The notes: generated by a model from the letters alone, not told the origin. A DNA stretch of 64,000 nt from an uncultured delta proteobacterium (GCA_963729715.1 CAVSPA010000018.1:1-64000), one strand, 5' to 3'; shown: positions 10,853-22,595, counted from the stretch's first letter. Numbers and translations are program-made.

Positions 10853-12844
10853 ATGGACGCTGTAAAGGGGATCTTTGTTACCCTAGGGCTTCTCCTATTC
10901 TTATGCTCCGGCACAACGGTTCAGGCACAGGCAAAAATAGCTGTGTATCCTCCCTTTGCCAGCGGCTATATTTCCATCAAGGTCTTCGACAGCCAGGCGC
11001 GATTCGTAGGTCGGATCCTGCCCGAGAAAAGATACTGGGCCTCCATCGACCAAATTCCCATCTTCTTACAAAATGCCCTAGTAGCCATCGAAGATTCCCG
11101 TTTTTACGAACATGGAGCAATCGATCTGCGCGGCATGACCCGCGCCCTAGTCAAGGACATGCTCAAAAGGAGAATGGCCGAAGGGGGATCGACGATCACC
11201 CAGCAGTTGATCAAGAACAAATATTATTCCGGTAAAAAAACCATAAACCGGAAGCTGAGGGAAATCCGCCTGGCCATTGATTATGAAGGTAAATACACCA
11301 AAAAGCAGATTCTGGAGATGTATTTTAACGAAGTCTACTTCGGGAATGGGGCCTGGGGCATAGTCCAAGCCGCTCGTCTTTATTTTGACAAGTACCCGCA
11401 TGAATTAACCGAGGCCGAGTGCGCCCTTCTGGCCGGGGTTCCCAAATCTCCGTCTCGCTACAACCCACTGGGGAGACCCGCGATTACCCGCGATCGGAAA
11501 AACCTAGTTCTCAAGCGCATGGCGGAACTCAAGATTATTACTTCCGCCCAGGAAAAACGGCTGCGGATTCAGCCCATATCCGTGGTGCAACCGGGGCAAG
11601 CCCCGTATTACCTGGCCCATATCCGCAACAAATTGATGGAACGGTATGGAGCGGAAATCATCGAACATGGGGGACTGGAAGTCATTGCGGCCATGGATCT
11701 GAAGCTGCAAACGCTTGCTGAGCGGGTCTTGCGCGAAGGCATCGGACGGATTCCCCCTCAGCTCCAGGGCTCATTATTGTCTCTGGATCCTCATACAGGG
11801 GATGTTCTGGCGGTCGTAGGGGGAACCGATTTCAAGCGGAGCCCCTATAACCGCGCCTTTTTTGCCAAGCGTCAGCCAGGATCAACTATCAAACCCTTGA
11901 TTTATGCCGCCGCCCTGGACAAAGGGATTACAGCCGGCGACATCTGGAATGACGAACCGGTCACCTACCCGCGAAACGAGCATGAAACCTGGAAACCCCA
12001 GAACTACGAGAAAAAGCATTATGGGAATATTTCCCTCCGGCAGGCCCTGGCCTACTCGGACAACATCATCACGGTCAAATTGTTGGAGGCCATCGGGGTC
12101 CCATATTTCGTTCATTTTGCCGGAACGCTGGGGCTCTCCCTCCGCTCGCCGAACGACCTCTCACTGGCCCTGGGAACCGATGAAGTCACCCTGAGCGACC
12201 TGATGCTTGCATACGCTCCCCTGGCCAATGGCGGCGCGCGTCCCGAACCCAGGACCATCATCCGCATTTATGATCTATACCGAAATAACTGGACGGAGAT
12301 TCCCCAGGCAGTCAACCCGGTCATTTCCCCGGCCATCGCCTACATCACGACCTCTATGCTCAAGGATGTCCTGATCTACGGCACCGCCAAATCACTTCAC
12401 AGCTTCAGTCGTAAACGTCCGGCCGCCGGGAAGACCGGGACCACCGATGATTACCGGGACGCTTGGTTCATCGGCTACACTCCCCAGCTGATCACCGGCA
12501 TCTGGGCTGGTTATGACAAACCCACAACCATGGGAAGAGGTTTCACCGGAGGGGCGATCTGTGCGCCCATCTGGGGCCGGTTCATGCTCTCTGCCCTCGC
12601 CGATAAACCGACTGTTGATTTTCCGAAGCCCGATTCGGTTATATCCGTCCAGATTGACCCTGCGACGGGCGATCTGGCCACGCCAGACTGTCCGAAAAAG
12701 CAGGAGGAATTCTATGTCGCGGGGACACAGCCGACCGTGTACAGCCCGAACCATGGGGGACCCAACCTTGCGCCCACATCACCGGCGACGGCCCCTGAGC
12801 TGCAGCCGACAAACGACCGTTCTCTTCCACCCCATCAGCAATAG
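10853..12844 (+). CDS. Class A penicillin-binding protein (PBP1A family)
   Basis: Transglycosylase motifs EDSRFYEH, GGSTITQQL, RKLRE; transpeptidase motifs STIK, SDN, KTG. Confidence 0.93.
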   Translation: MDAVKGIFVTLGLLLFLCSGTTVQAQAKIAVYPPFASGYISIKVFDSQARFVGRILPEKRYWASIDQIPIFLQNALVAIEDSRFYEHGAIDLRGMTRALVKDMLKRRMAEGGSTITQQLIKNKYYSGKKTINRKLREIRLAIDYEGKYTKKQILEMYFNEVYFGNGAWGIVQAARLYFDKYPHELTEAECALLAGVPKSPSRYNPLGRPAITRDRKNLVLKRMAELKIITSAQEKRLRIQPISVVQPGQAPYYLAHIRNKLMERYGAEIIEHGGLEVIAAMDLKLQTLAERVLREGIGRIPPQLQGSLLSLDPHTGDVLAVVGGTDFKRSPYNRAFFAKRQPGSTIKPLIYAAALDKGITAGDIWNDEPVTYPRNEHETWKPQNYEKKHYGNISLRQALAYSDNIITVKLLEAIGVPYFVHFAGTLGLSLRSPNDLSLALGTDEVTLSDLMLAYAPLANGGARPEPRTIIRIYDLYRNNWTEIPQAVNPVISPAIAYITTSMLKDVLIYGTAKSLHSFSRKRPAAGKTGTTDDYRDAWFIGYTPQLITGIWAGYDKPTTMGRGFTGGAICAPIWGRFMLSALADKPTVDFPKPDSVISVQIDPATGDLATPDCPKKQEEFYVAGTQPTVYSPNHGGPNLAPTSPATAPELQPTNDRSLPPHQQ

Positions 12845-13321
12845 ATAAATTGAGAGTTGAGCATGAGAGCCTGCAGCAATCTCGGCAAGAAATTGGCGAC
12901 CATCCTGTAGTCTACAAGCAGGTTCTTATACACCATTGCCACCGCCCTAGCCCATCGGCACCGCAAATTCTTCATCCTCGCTTTTCGCTGCCGAAACAAA
13001 TAATCACTTCTTCTGCTATCTTTGAGACTAGTTGTTTACAGAGAATAGAAGCTTACTATCTGATAATCATCGCCATAATTCCAAAGTGAAACTTGAGAAT
13101 AAGGTCGACACGAGAGCCGGTATATTTTACATTCCCATTGGCCGATCTTACACAGTATCGGTTGAAACGTACAGATTTAAAATTTCCATTTCTATACTGA
13201 TGACAAAAATAAATATCTTCCTCCAGTCTTCAGTCTTCAGTCTTAAGATTTCTGTAAAAATGCAACACTTCAACTGGTAATGGTTAAAATATCTCTTTGC
13301 CCATTCAGCCAAAAGAATCTC

Positions 13322-13350
13322 TTGACAAACAATTAAACGGACAACATACT
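13322..13350 (+). promoter_or_regulatory. sigma70 promoter of Fur-family gene
   Basis: TTGACA-17 nt-CATACT. Confidence 0.6.
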
Positions 13351-13358
13351 TTAACTAG

Positions 13359-13377
13359 ATATGGAATGGTTCCGAAT
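13359..13377. promoter_or_regulatory. Candidate PerR operator, copy 1
   Basis: ATATGGAATGGTTCCGAAT, 16/19 identical to the palindrome upstream of katG; lies between promoter and start codon. Confidence 0.55.
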
Positions 13378-13382
13378 AGAAT

Positions 13383-13826
13383 ATGATAACAAAAGAATCA
13401 TTTATCCGAAATCTAAAAGATAGAGGGCTAAGAATCACTCCTCAAAGACTCGCTATTATTGATGTGTTAGTTGAGAAAGGGCATCTTCATCCCGGGGTGT
13501 ACTATATCCAAAGGGAGGCAAGGAAGAAAAGCAAGGGCCTCTGTGTATCTACTACCTATGCAACTATAAATGAATTTTCCAGGCATGGCATGATCAAGAC
13601 GCTTCAGTTCGAAGGAATTCAGAACCGCTGCGAGGTGAATCTTGACGAGCACATCAATCTGATCTGTGAAACATGCGGAAAGATCGTGGATTACAAAGCC
13701 CCCCTCGCCGTTGAGCAGAATGATGTGAGAAGGAAAACTGGTTTTATCATCACTAACAACAGATTGGAGTATTACGGATACTGTCGAGACTGTAGCCAAG
13801 ATAAAAGACGCCGCCAAGTTTTGTGA
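13383..13826 (+). CDS. perR: Fur-family regulator, PerR-like
   Basis: GLRITPQRLAI, HINLICETCG and YGYCRDC Zn motifs; immediately upstream of katG. Confidence 0.8.
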   Translation: MITKESFIRNLKDRGLRITPQRLAIIDVLVEKGHLHPGVYYIQREARKKSKGLCVSTTYATINEFSRHGMIKTLQFEGIQNRCEVNLDEHINLICETCGKIVDYKAPLAVEQNDVRRKTGFIITNNRLEYYGYCRDCSQDKRRRQVL

Positions 13827-13860
13827 CAAAGGTTGTGCTATTAAATTTTTTTGCAATTAA

Positions 13861-13879
13861 ATCTGGAATGATTCCGGAT
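13861..13879. promoter_or_regulatory. Candidate PerR operator, copy 2
   Basis: Near-perfect palindrome ATCTGGAATGATTCCGGAT upstream of katG. Confidence 0.6.
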
Positions 13880-14006
13880 TTGTTTAAAAAAGGTAAATTA
13901 AAGTCTAAAATGATTTGAAATAAAAATGAATGGAAATTAATCGGAAAAAACGAAGTTCGTATATTAATTGTTAGCTAGATGGGCAGCGAAACACCATTAT
14001 TCATAG

Positions 14007-16244
<2,238 letters not shown>

Positions 16245-16275
16245 TCGTAGCATAAACGTCTTCGAGGGCTTCTGA

Positions 16276-16404
16276 CAGGATGGGATCCATACGTTGTATG
16301 GGGCAGATGGGAAAATACCGACTGTTCCAGAACCGTCATCTTTTCTACTCATTGGTCTTGGTTTAGCAGGATTGGCAGGTGTGAGGAGAAAGTTTAAAAA
16401 ATAG
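16276..16404 (+). pseudogene. Orphan PEP-CTERM sorting-signal fragment
   Basis: Translates QDGIHTLYGADGKIPTVPEPSSFLLIGLGLAGLAGVRRKFKK*: VPEP, TM segment and basic tail, preceded by an in-frame TGA at 16273. Confidence 0.8.
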
Positions 16405-16429
16405 AAAAGAAACTGATTTTTACCATAGC

Positions 16430-16460
16430 AAGGCAGAGTCAATTGGCTCTGCCTTTTTTT
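16430..16460 (+). terminator. Rho-independent terminator
   Basis: AAGGCAGAGTC-AATT-GGCTCTGCCTT followed by a T run. Confidence 0.8.
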
Positions 16461-16850
16461 ACCAGTTACGAATGGTAATCTTCATTTCAAGCCCAAACCA
16501 AAAACCAGTATTATCTTAAAAAATTCCCGAGATGAACGGGTCACCTGCTTTATAAACTTGAGATTACGATCTCCTCAGACCACGCGTCTTCGACCTTGTT
16601 TATCTCTTACCGAGAACAAGTCGCGAAGCCCCTTCCCCGGCGGAATAGAACCAGATATCTTAAAAAGACTTATAGACGACGATCTCTTGCCGGTGCACGT
16701 AATCTATCTCATCTTTTCTGCGAACCCTTCGAAGTAGCCCGATCTTCAAAACATGCCTCCCCTCTTTCCACATCATCAACATCATTTGTTTCGCAGAGAC
16801 CATCGTCAAATGTCCCATGTAAATCCTTGTAAACTTCTGTGCTTTCTTTC

Positions 16851-16961
16851 GGAACTAATGCTTCAGGTTACCCTTTGCACCTCCCTCCAGCTACGTGGGC
16901 GAACTACCGAACTCCCACGGTCGGACTTTAACCGACAAGTCATACGTTTTACACGGCATAC
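16851..16961 (-). mobile_element. Group II intron 5' fragment (relic 1)
   Basis: Reverse complement GTATGCCGTGTAAAACGTATGACTTGTCGGTTAAAGTCCGACC... is nearly identical to the intron start at 44029. Confidence 0.8.
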
Positions 16962-17125
16962 CCTACGAGCCAGCAACTTCAAAGAGAATTTGTCCTGATG
17001 ATTACGGCTCGAAATGCATAACAAAAATACCATGCCGACTAGTGTGACGTCTCACTTATAATTTGTATTTATTGTAATAGTAGCCAGCAGATATCATTCG
17101 GCAATTGCCGTATAACTAATTAAAC

Positions 17126-17338
17126 TTATTTCTGGGACAAAACACTAGCTGCTAGATGGTGGACCCGCTCACTTTCATTAACCTTGACCGTCCGATAAAT
17201 AAGTTCGGGAAGTCCCAGGCTGTGAATGAACTCATCTCGGATAATACCTCCACCGACACTGACCACGGTATCGTTTCCTTCTACGAGGATAATCTTCTTC
17301 CTATAGGCAACTTTCATTTTCACCTCTTGGGTGACCAA
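17126..17338 (-). pseudogene. Possible transposase N-terminal remnant (IS1380-like)
   Basis: GGIIRDEFIHSLGLPELIYRTVKV resembles IS1380-type N-termini; short, truncated and next to other mobile relics. Confidence 0.3.
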
Positions 17339-17528
17339 GATTATGTTATTCTAATAGGACGAAAACCCTTTGTCTCTATGAATTTCAAAGAACTTGGTAC
17401 ATTTTTACCAGTGCATTAGCGCTGGATCTGGAATTTTATAATGCTAATCATCGGCAATCGGCATAATAGCTGTTACCGATTAGATCCTGGCATCGCCTTA
17501 GCCTTAGATTTTGAATATTCCAGTATAG

Positions 17529-18203
17529 TCACTTTTTCGGTCCGAAGATTTCCAATGAAATGATTCTCCCGTTCTCCCAACCAACCCTGTAGACTTGGAT
17601 GATATCGGCTGGTATTTCGCTAGATGTTGAGCTCGTAATACCCTCGACGGTGTAATAAATTTTGTTGTCGACCTTCTCTGTCTTGATAACATAAGGATCT
17701 CTAACTATCAAAAGACCCATGGCCTTGCGTATAATATCCGAGTTTGCGTATTTGCTGATGACTGCCCTGTATCTTTTCTGCGATGTATGAGCCTGCATGC
17801 ATTCCTTCATTTCAGGAATAATATCGGCGACAGCAATCCCCTTTTTTGCACCCAGGGGAGTGAAGGATACAATCCTTCTATTTTCCCAGCACACCTTATA
17901 TGTCTGGACGATATCACGCGGAATTTCAGATGCTGTTTCCACCGTGACACCCTCTACAGTGTAACAGATTTTCTGCCCTTCTCGATCCGCATTCGTGATA
18001 TAGGGCTCCTTGATGATCAGAAGTCCCATGGCCTGATTGACAATGGCTGGGTCGGCATATTTCTGTATAACGGACTTGTACTCTTTCTGCGATCCGTGGG
18101 AACGCATGCACTCCCTCATCTCGGGGATAACCTCCATCGCGAAGGCATGACCCCACATTCCAAAGAAAAGATACATTATGAAGCAAATCGTAGTTCTCTT
18201 CAT
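17529..18203 (-). CDS. Secreted protein with two tandem ~95-aa repeats
   Basis: Signal peptide MKRTT...HAFA; repeats IPEMRECM...AMGLLIIKEPY...YTVEG...SEIP...WEN and IPEMKECM...AMGLLIVRDPY...YTVEG...SEIP...WEN; RBS GGAGG before 18203. Confidence 0.8.
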   Translation of the reverse strand: MKRTTICFIMYLFFGMWGHAFAMEVIPEMRECMRSHGSQKEYKSVIQKYADPAIVNQAMGLLIIKEPYITNADREGQKICYTVEGVTVETASEIPRDIVQTYKVCWENRRIVSFTPLGAKKGIAVADIIPEMKECMQAHTSQKRYRAVISKYANSDIIRKAMGLLIVRDPYVIKTEKVDNKIYYTVEGITSSTSSEIPADIIQVYRVGWENGRIISLEIFGPKK

Positions 18204-18246
18204 CTTCGTCCACCTCCACTTAATTCCGTTCATCCAAAATCTTCAC

Positions 18247-18801
18247 TCAGCGACTTTTATCTTCCTCATTGAGTTTCTTCAAATAATCCAAGATTTCCTC
18301 ATAGTTTGGCGAGCCATCCTTGGCGTAACGTACGACACCTTTTTTGTCGATGATCACCGTGCGCCGGTTGAAGACGAAGAGCGATCCCGGGGGTATCACG
18401 CCAAAAAAATCACCGAGATAACCGGAAATATTAGAGAGTATCGGAAAGGTCAGTTTCAGGGATTTGGCCCAGTATTTTAGAGTGACAACATCATCGCGGC
18501 TGACGCCCGTGACCCGGGCGTTGAGGGACTCATAGAGGGGAAAGTGCCTCTGATGACCCATCATTTCACCCGATCAGATCGGTGTGAAAGCCGCAGGGAA
18601 AAATGTCATAATCAGATAATACCTCCCATAGTAATCCTGATTGTAGCCGACCAGCCGATCCTCTGTAGAAGACAGGTAAAAGTTTAGTGTCTGCTTGTCT
18701 AGGAGGCTTTCCACCTTGAAAGCGGCTTGGGCATTAGACAGAGTCAGAATACTGCAGACGAGGGTTGCAAGAACAAGAATTGTTTTAGTCTGCTTTTTCA
18801 T
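18247..18801 (-). CDS. Secreted selenocysteine peroxiredoxin (AhpC/TSA, 1-Sec), 184 aa
   Basis: Two same-frame ORFs join across the TGA at 18574-18576 to give FFPAAFTPI-U-SGEM, which is the PxxxTxxC motif with U at the peroxidatic site. Conserved RRTVIID downstream; N-terminal signal peptide. Confidence 0.88.
18551..18563 (-). promoter_or_regulatory. Candidate SECIS hairpin (peroxiredoxin)
   Basis: UGAUG-GGU-CAUCA stem-loop starting 10 nt after the UGA. Confidence 0.6.
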
Positions 18802-18977
18802 AAAAATCTCCTCATTGAAAAGAAACAATGATGCCGTTCCCTGCATCATTAGAATCGCGGGATGATGGAAATGTTTTCAGGAAAAGCCGGGGACTCCTGA
18901 TTCAGAAAATTTACGAGGTCGATGCCTTCACCCGACCACACTTAACCCGGAATCGCTCATCCCGAAAATCTCCCCGC

Positions 18978-19289
18978 TCATTTCACGGGTGTCGGACGCC
19001 CACGAACGTGGAAGCCCCCCTCTATCAGGGCCTTTAAGATGCTGTCGACGTTAGTCACCTTGTCGTCAAAACTTACGACAAAGACCTCTTTCCGGGCGTC
19101 ATAATCGGTGCCTGTCACTCCGTCGACATTTTCCAGGATAACACCTACCCTGGTTTTCTGCACTCAGGTCTTGCAATCGGCAATTTTGATCTCCACCTTG
19201 CTCTCGGCGCCATGTGCGGGTTGAGAAACAGTAAAAGCGATCAGTAAAATCAGTAAAAGGGGGGAAACAAAGACCGGTTTTAATCTCAT
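18978..19289 (-). CDS. Exported HMA/MerP-like selenoprotein with CxxU motif, 103 aa
   Basis: The ATG at 19289 reads MRLKPVFVSPLLLILLIAFTVSQPAHGAESKVEIKIADCKT-TGA-VQKTRVGVILENVDGV...VSFDDKVTNVDSILKALIEGGF. HMA-fold pattern with C39-x-x-U42. Confidence 0.85.
19133..19153 (-). promoter_or_regulatory. Candidate SECIS hairpin (HMA selenoprotein)
   Basis: CCAGGGUA-GGUGU-UAUCCUGG 8-bp stem starting 10 nt after the UGA, with a GGU-led loop. Confidence 0.7.
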
Positions 19290-19315
19290 GACTTAATCCG
19301 TCGGGCCGATCCCTT

Positions 19316-19879
19316 TCAAGCCCAGTCATCCAAATCAATATCCGGGCAAAGCCCCATCATGTTGTCGACCCATTCCTCGTTGTCCTTGATCCACTGCCTG
19401 GCATCGGCCCGTGAAATCATGTTCTCCTTGACCAGGTTCATGGCGGACTCAAGTTTGCCTCCGCATAAGCAGAATTGCTTGACGAGTGTCGTAAGCGCTG
19501 GTCTCTTCTTCTGCAGACCGCTACGAGCTATGGTATGAATCGTTTTCTTTTCGTCTATCCAGTTTGGACCGAGGTCTTCGACCTTCTTGGCATATTTGGT
19601 GTAGTAAGCTTTCTGTTCCGGTAATGTCGCGCTTAATGTGGCGTCGTACTTCCCCTCAACTATGCCTTTCCACATGTCATCAACGGTGGTCTTAACAAGA
19701 TTGACCTTTATGCCTAACTTGTCCTCGAGGATGTACTTCAGCATGTATGATTTTGCAATGGAATCCTTTGTATCGATATAAGCCACGGTGACCTGCGGTG
19801 CCGCCGCAATTGCGGCGGAGACCGTCATGACAATCATGAACGCGGCAACTATGCTTATCTTCAATAGATAACGCCTCAT
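19316..19879 (-). CDS. Glycine-betaine (OpuAC/ProX)-like binding-domain protein
   Basis: Signal peptide; ILEDKLGIKVNL, MWKGIVEGKYDATLSATLP, VEDLGPN and ARQWIKDN match OpuAC segments, but the protein is short (187 aa). Confidence 0.7.
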   Translation of the reverse strand: MRRYLLKISIVAAFMIVMTVSAAIAAAPQVTVAYIDTKDSIAKSYMLKYILEDKLGIKVNLVKTTVDDMWKGIVEGKYDATLSATLPEQKAYYTKYAKKVEDLGPNWIDEKKTIHTIARSGLQKKRPALTTLVKQFCLCGGKLESAMNLVKENMISRADARQWIKDNEEWVDNMMGLCPDIDLDDWA

Positions 19880-19951
19880 AATAACCTCCTTTCCAAAATA
19901 TTTTTCTTTCGGTTGAGAAATCCAACCGGACATCCCACCTAGGAAGTAAAT

Positions 19952-21124
19952 TTAGGTTGCCCTGAACTCGATGGTATCGCCATTGCCGAGGTAAGCCTTG
20001 TCCTTTGACCGGAAACGGGCCGTTCCCTGGACGATGGGGTATCCCGCTTCGATGAACTTCTTGGCGCAGGTGATCCCTGTGCAGTGGTTGCAGCCAACCT
20101 TCTCGAACTCGTACTTCCTCATGGAAAGGACCAGGTCATCGTATTTGGGATCCCAGTCCTCGAAGGGCGAGATGTGCAGCCCGCCGTAGATGCCGTAGTT
20201 TTTCTTGTACTTGATGGTGTCCTTGGCCGTAGCGGCGAACTGGATAATCCCCTGGTGGCAGCAGCCCGTCACGGAGACCATCCCCGCGTCCTTGACATTG
20301 AAGTACCACGATTGTTCACCATAGACCCGGCATATGATGGGAATGGCGAAGTTGTAAATAGCGCAACCCGAGAAGAGAGGAGTCAGTCCCGGCTTGGTAA
20401 CCACTAGCTTACCCCGATGACCGCTGTCCTTGATATACTGCATGCCCTCCTGGTAGAACCCTTCAGGAATGTAAGTAATTATCTCCGGGTTATACTTATA
20501 CACCACGGGCAGACCCCAGAAGTGGTCGAAGTGTTCATGGGTTACCATGAATAAATCTATTTCCTTACGCTCAAGCATCCGGTCAATCCCCTCGCGCTTA
20601 TAAGCCTGATCCATCCAGTTGTAAGACCATCCAGCATCCTGGAGTATCTTCTTCTTCGTGCCGTCCAGGAGTTCTACTTCGATGAGGCAGGAAAACCCTC
20701 CGGCGTTCTCAGGATGAACGGCATTTTCGATTTGAAACTGCCAGGCCTTGTCTAAATCACGGGGCAGCCACCGCTTGATCTCCTTGATACCCTTCTCGTA
20801 GGAACCCTTCCCAAGTTGCCCTTTCGGTTCTGCAAAAGGCGGCCAATTATACGTGTACTGGTTGACCAGCAATCCCCCGGATCCCTTGATGTCACCCATG
20901 AGTACTTTATTCTCGAACCAACTCGTCTCTGAAACATTCGTTACCTTAACGCTCCTGCATTCCCCAATATCAATATTTTTGGGCGCGACTCTCGCGAAAT
21001 GACTCTTACGCCAGGGGCTGTAAGAGTATATGCCCATGGCCCCAATAGTGCCTGTAACTCCTCCCACGATAAGACCCTTGACAAAATCGCGCCGGTTCAG
21101 GCCTTTCTTTTCTTCTTCTGCCAT
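19952..21124 (-). CDS. Tat-signal MBL-fold metallo-hydrolase (COG1237-like)
   Basis: Twin-arginine LNRRDFVK; THEHFDH, TGCCHQG, GGLH, NHCTG. Confidence 0.85.
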   Translation of the reverse strand: MAEEEKKGLNRRDFVKGLIVGGVTGTIGAMGIYSYSPWRKSHFARVAPKNIDIGECRSVKVTNVSETSWFENKVLMGDIKGSGGLLVNQYTYNWPPFAEPKGQLGKGSYEKGIKEIKRWLPRDLDKAWQFQIENAVHPENAGGFSCLIEVELLDGTKKKILQDAGWSYNWMDQAYKREGIDRMLERKEIDLFMVTHEHFDHFWGLPVVYKYNPEIITYIPEGFYQEGMQYIKDSGHRGKLVVTKPGLTPLFSGCAIYNFAIPIICRVYGEQSWYFNVKDAGMVSVTGCCHQGIIQFAATAKDTIKYKKNYGIYGGLHISPFEDWDPKYDDLVLSMRKYEFEKVGCNHCTGITCAKKFIEAGYPIVQGTARFRSKDKAYLGNGDTIEFRAT

Positions 21125-21185
21125 AATTAGTCCTCCTTCAGTTTAGGAGAAATTTTCCCGAAGAGGGGAAAATCTGTTTTAAAAT

Positions 21186-21311
21186 TCAGCTTATTTTGGT
21201 TAGCATCCAGTTCCATTTTGCCATGATGGGCAGGGCCCATACAACGGCAAAATAAACCAGAATGCCGAGAACGATGCCCACAAAAATGCCAAACTTATAT
21301 TCTGTGCTCAT
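21186..21311 (-). CDS. Small single-pass membrane protein, 41 aa (not in ORF track)
   Basis: RBS GGAGGAG then MSTEYKFGIFVGIVLGILVYFAVVWALPIMAKWNWMLTKIS*; fills the operon gap. Confidence 0.75.
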   Translation of the reverse strand: MSTEYKFGIFVGIVLGILVYFAVVWALPIMAKWNWMLTKIS

Positions 21312-21323
21312 TTCATCTCCTCC

Positions 21324-22595
21324 TTATGTAATGGCGGTTTCTGATGTCTTGACCTTCTTCCATCCCGGCCAGTTGTCCATAAACCAGTGATTGATGAGCA
21401 TGATGTTGATAAACCAGATGGTGGGAATCATAGGGAATTGCTGGGGATGTGAGTAGCCCTTCTGGGTGCCCAAGACCAGGTGGCTGGTGTTGTAGTAAAG
21501 CCAGTAGACAAAAAGTCCGCCCATGATGGCGATCAGGGTCCGGATAAGCCAATTAACAGGAATACTGTACTTCCTCGGCCAGTTATTGCAGTAGAACTTG
21601 ACAAAGAGTGCCGGAATGAGGAAGAAGACAATCGTTTCACCCACATGGAGCCAGCGCCAGTCCGGGGCTGCATCCCGCCTGGTTCCCCGGATAGCTGGGC
21701 CCCACCACAATTCCTGTGCAAAGTAAAGAAACAGAAAACAGCACCAGGCAATAGCGATGATGCCGAAGAACGCCACAAGCCGACGGGTCCAATCATGCTT
21801 AATGACCCGGAAGGGGTAACGATCCCAGATGCTTTCGTACATCCAGACAATAACGGTGCAGCACATGATCCAAGCCACGTGGAAATTGCCGCTTACCGTG
21901 TCGGCGAAATTCTCCCAGTAGGGCGGCGCGATGGAGCAGAAGTACTGCCAGGGATAATAGAGGATGCCCATGTGGGGGTGCATGGTGCAGAAATAGACAA
22001 TGGTACTTATAAAGAAGGTGACAATGAGAACGGTCGTACCCAGGACCGGTTGTTTAAGGTTCTGCCAGGGGGCCATCTCCATCGCCACCGGCCACGCGGG
22101 GCTCAGCCAGGAGGCAATGGCAGCAAACATGAGGCAGGCCAGGGCCGAGTACTCGATAGCGAAGAACTCCGTGATCCCCGGCAGCTTCATCAATTGGTGA
22201 GAATTAAAGTAGGCCATCGACAAGTTTCCCAGAAGTCCTTCAAAGAAACCCTTGATGAGTATCATAAGAATGATCACGGAAACAGCCGTCATCGCGACTC
22301 CTTTCAAAACAGGGTGCCAGTTTTCCAACTGTTGTCTCCTGAAAGGCCAGTAATGATAAATATATACCATCCAGATTAACATGATCAGGAGCCAACGTGT
22401 GTACATGTAGCCCACGTAAGGGGTATACATCCGCAGCCATCCTCTTGGATCTTGAAAGATCCACCATGTAACGTAAAAAATAGCGAGAATAAAAATTGTG
22501 TTCACAATCTGCGGTATTGGTGCAGGCCATCTGGGGACGAGCGTCCGCTCTTCAAGATATCCTTCACCATAACGCTCCTCGACTTTTCCCTCCAT
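21324..22595 (-). CDS. Polytopic Trp/His-rich membrane protein of unknown function
   Basis: About 10-12 hydrophobic segments, repeated W-P motifs (YWPF, RYPF, NNWP, DNWP); RBS AGGAGG. Confidence 0.8.
   Translation of the reverse strand: MEGKVEERYGEGYLEERTLVPRWPAPIPQIVNTIFILAIFYVTWWIFQDPRGWLRMYTPYVGYMYTRWLLIMLIWMVYIYHYWPFRRQQLENWHPVLKGVAMTAVSVIILMILIKGFFEGLLGNLSMAYFNSHQLMKLPGITEFFAIEYSALACLMFAAIASWLSPAWPVAMEMAPWQNLKQPVLGTTVLIVTFFISTIVYFCTMHPHMGILYYPWQYFCSIAPPYWENFADTVSGNFHVAWIMCCTVIVWMYESIWDRYPFRVIKHDWTRRLVAFFGIIAIAWCCFLFLYFAQELWWGPAIRGTRRDAAPDWRWLHVGETIVFFLIPALFVKFYCNNWPRKYSIPVNWLIRTLIAIMGGLFVYWLYYNTSHLVLGTQKGYSHPQQFPMIPTIWFINIMLINHWFMDNWPGWKKVKTSETAIT

Noticed and set aside
16555..16850. 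Possible transposase C-terminal remnant next to intron relic 1
   Set aside because: Multiple stops and frameshifts; no family motif I can support without a search.
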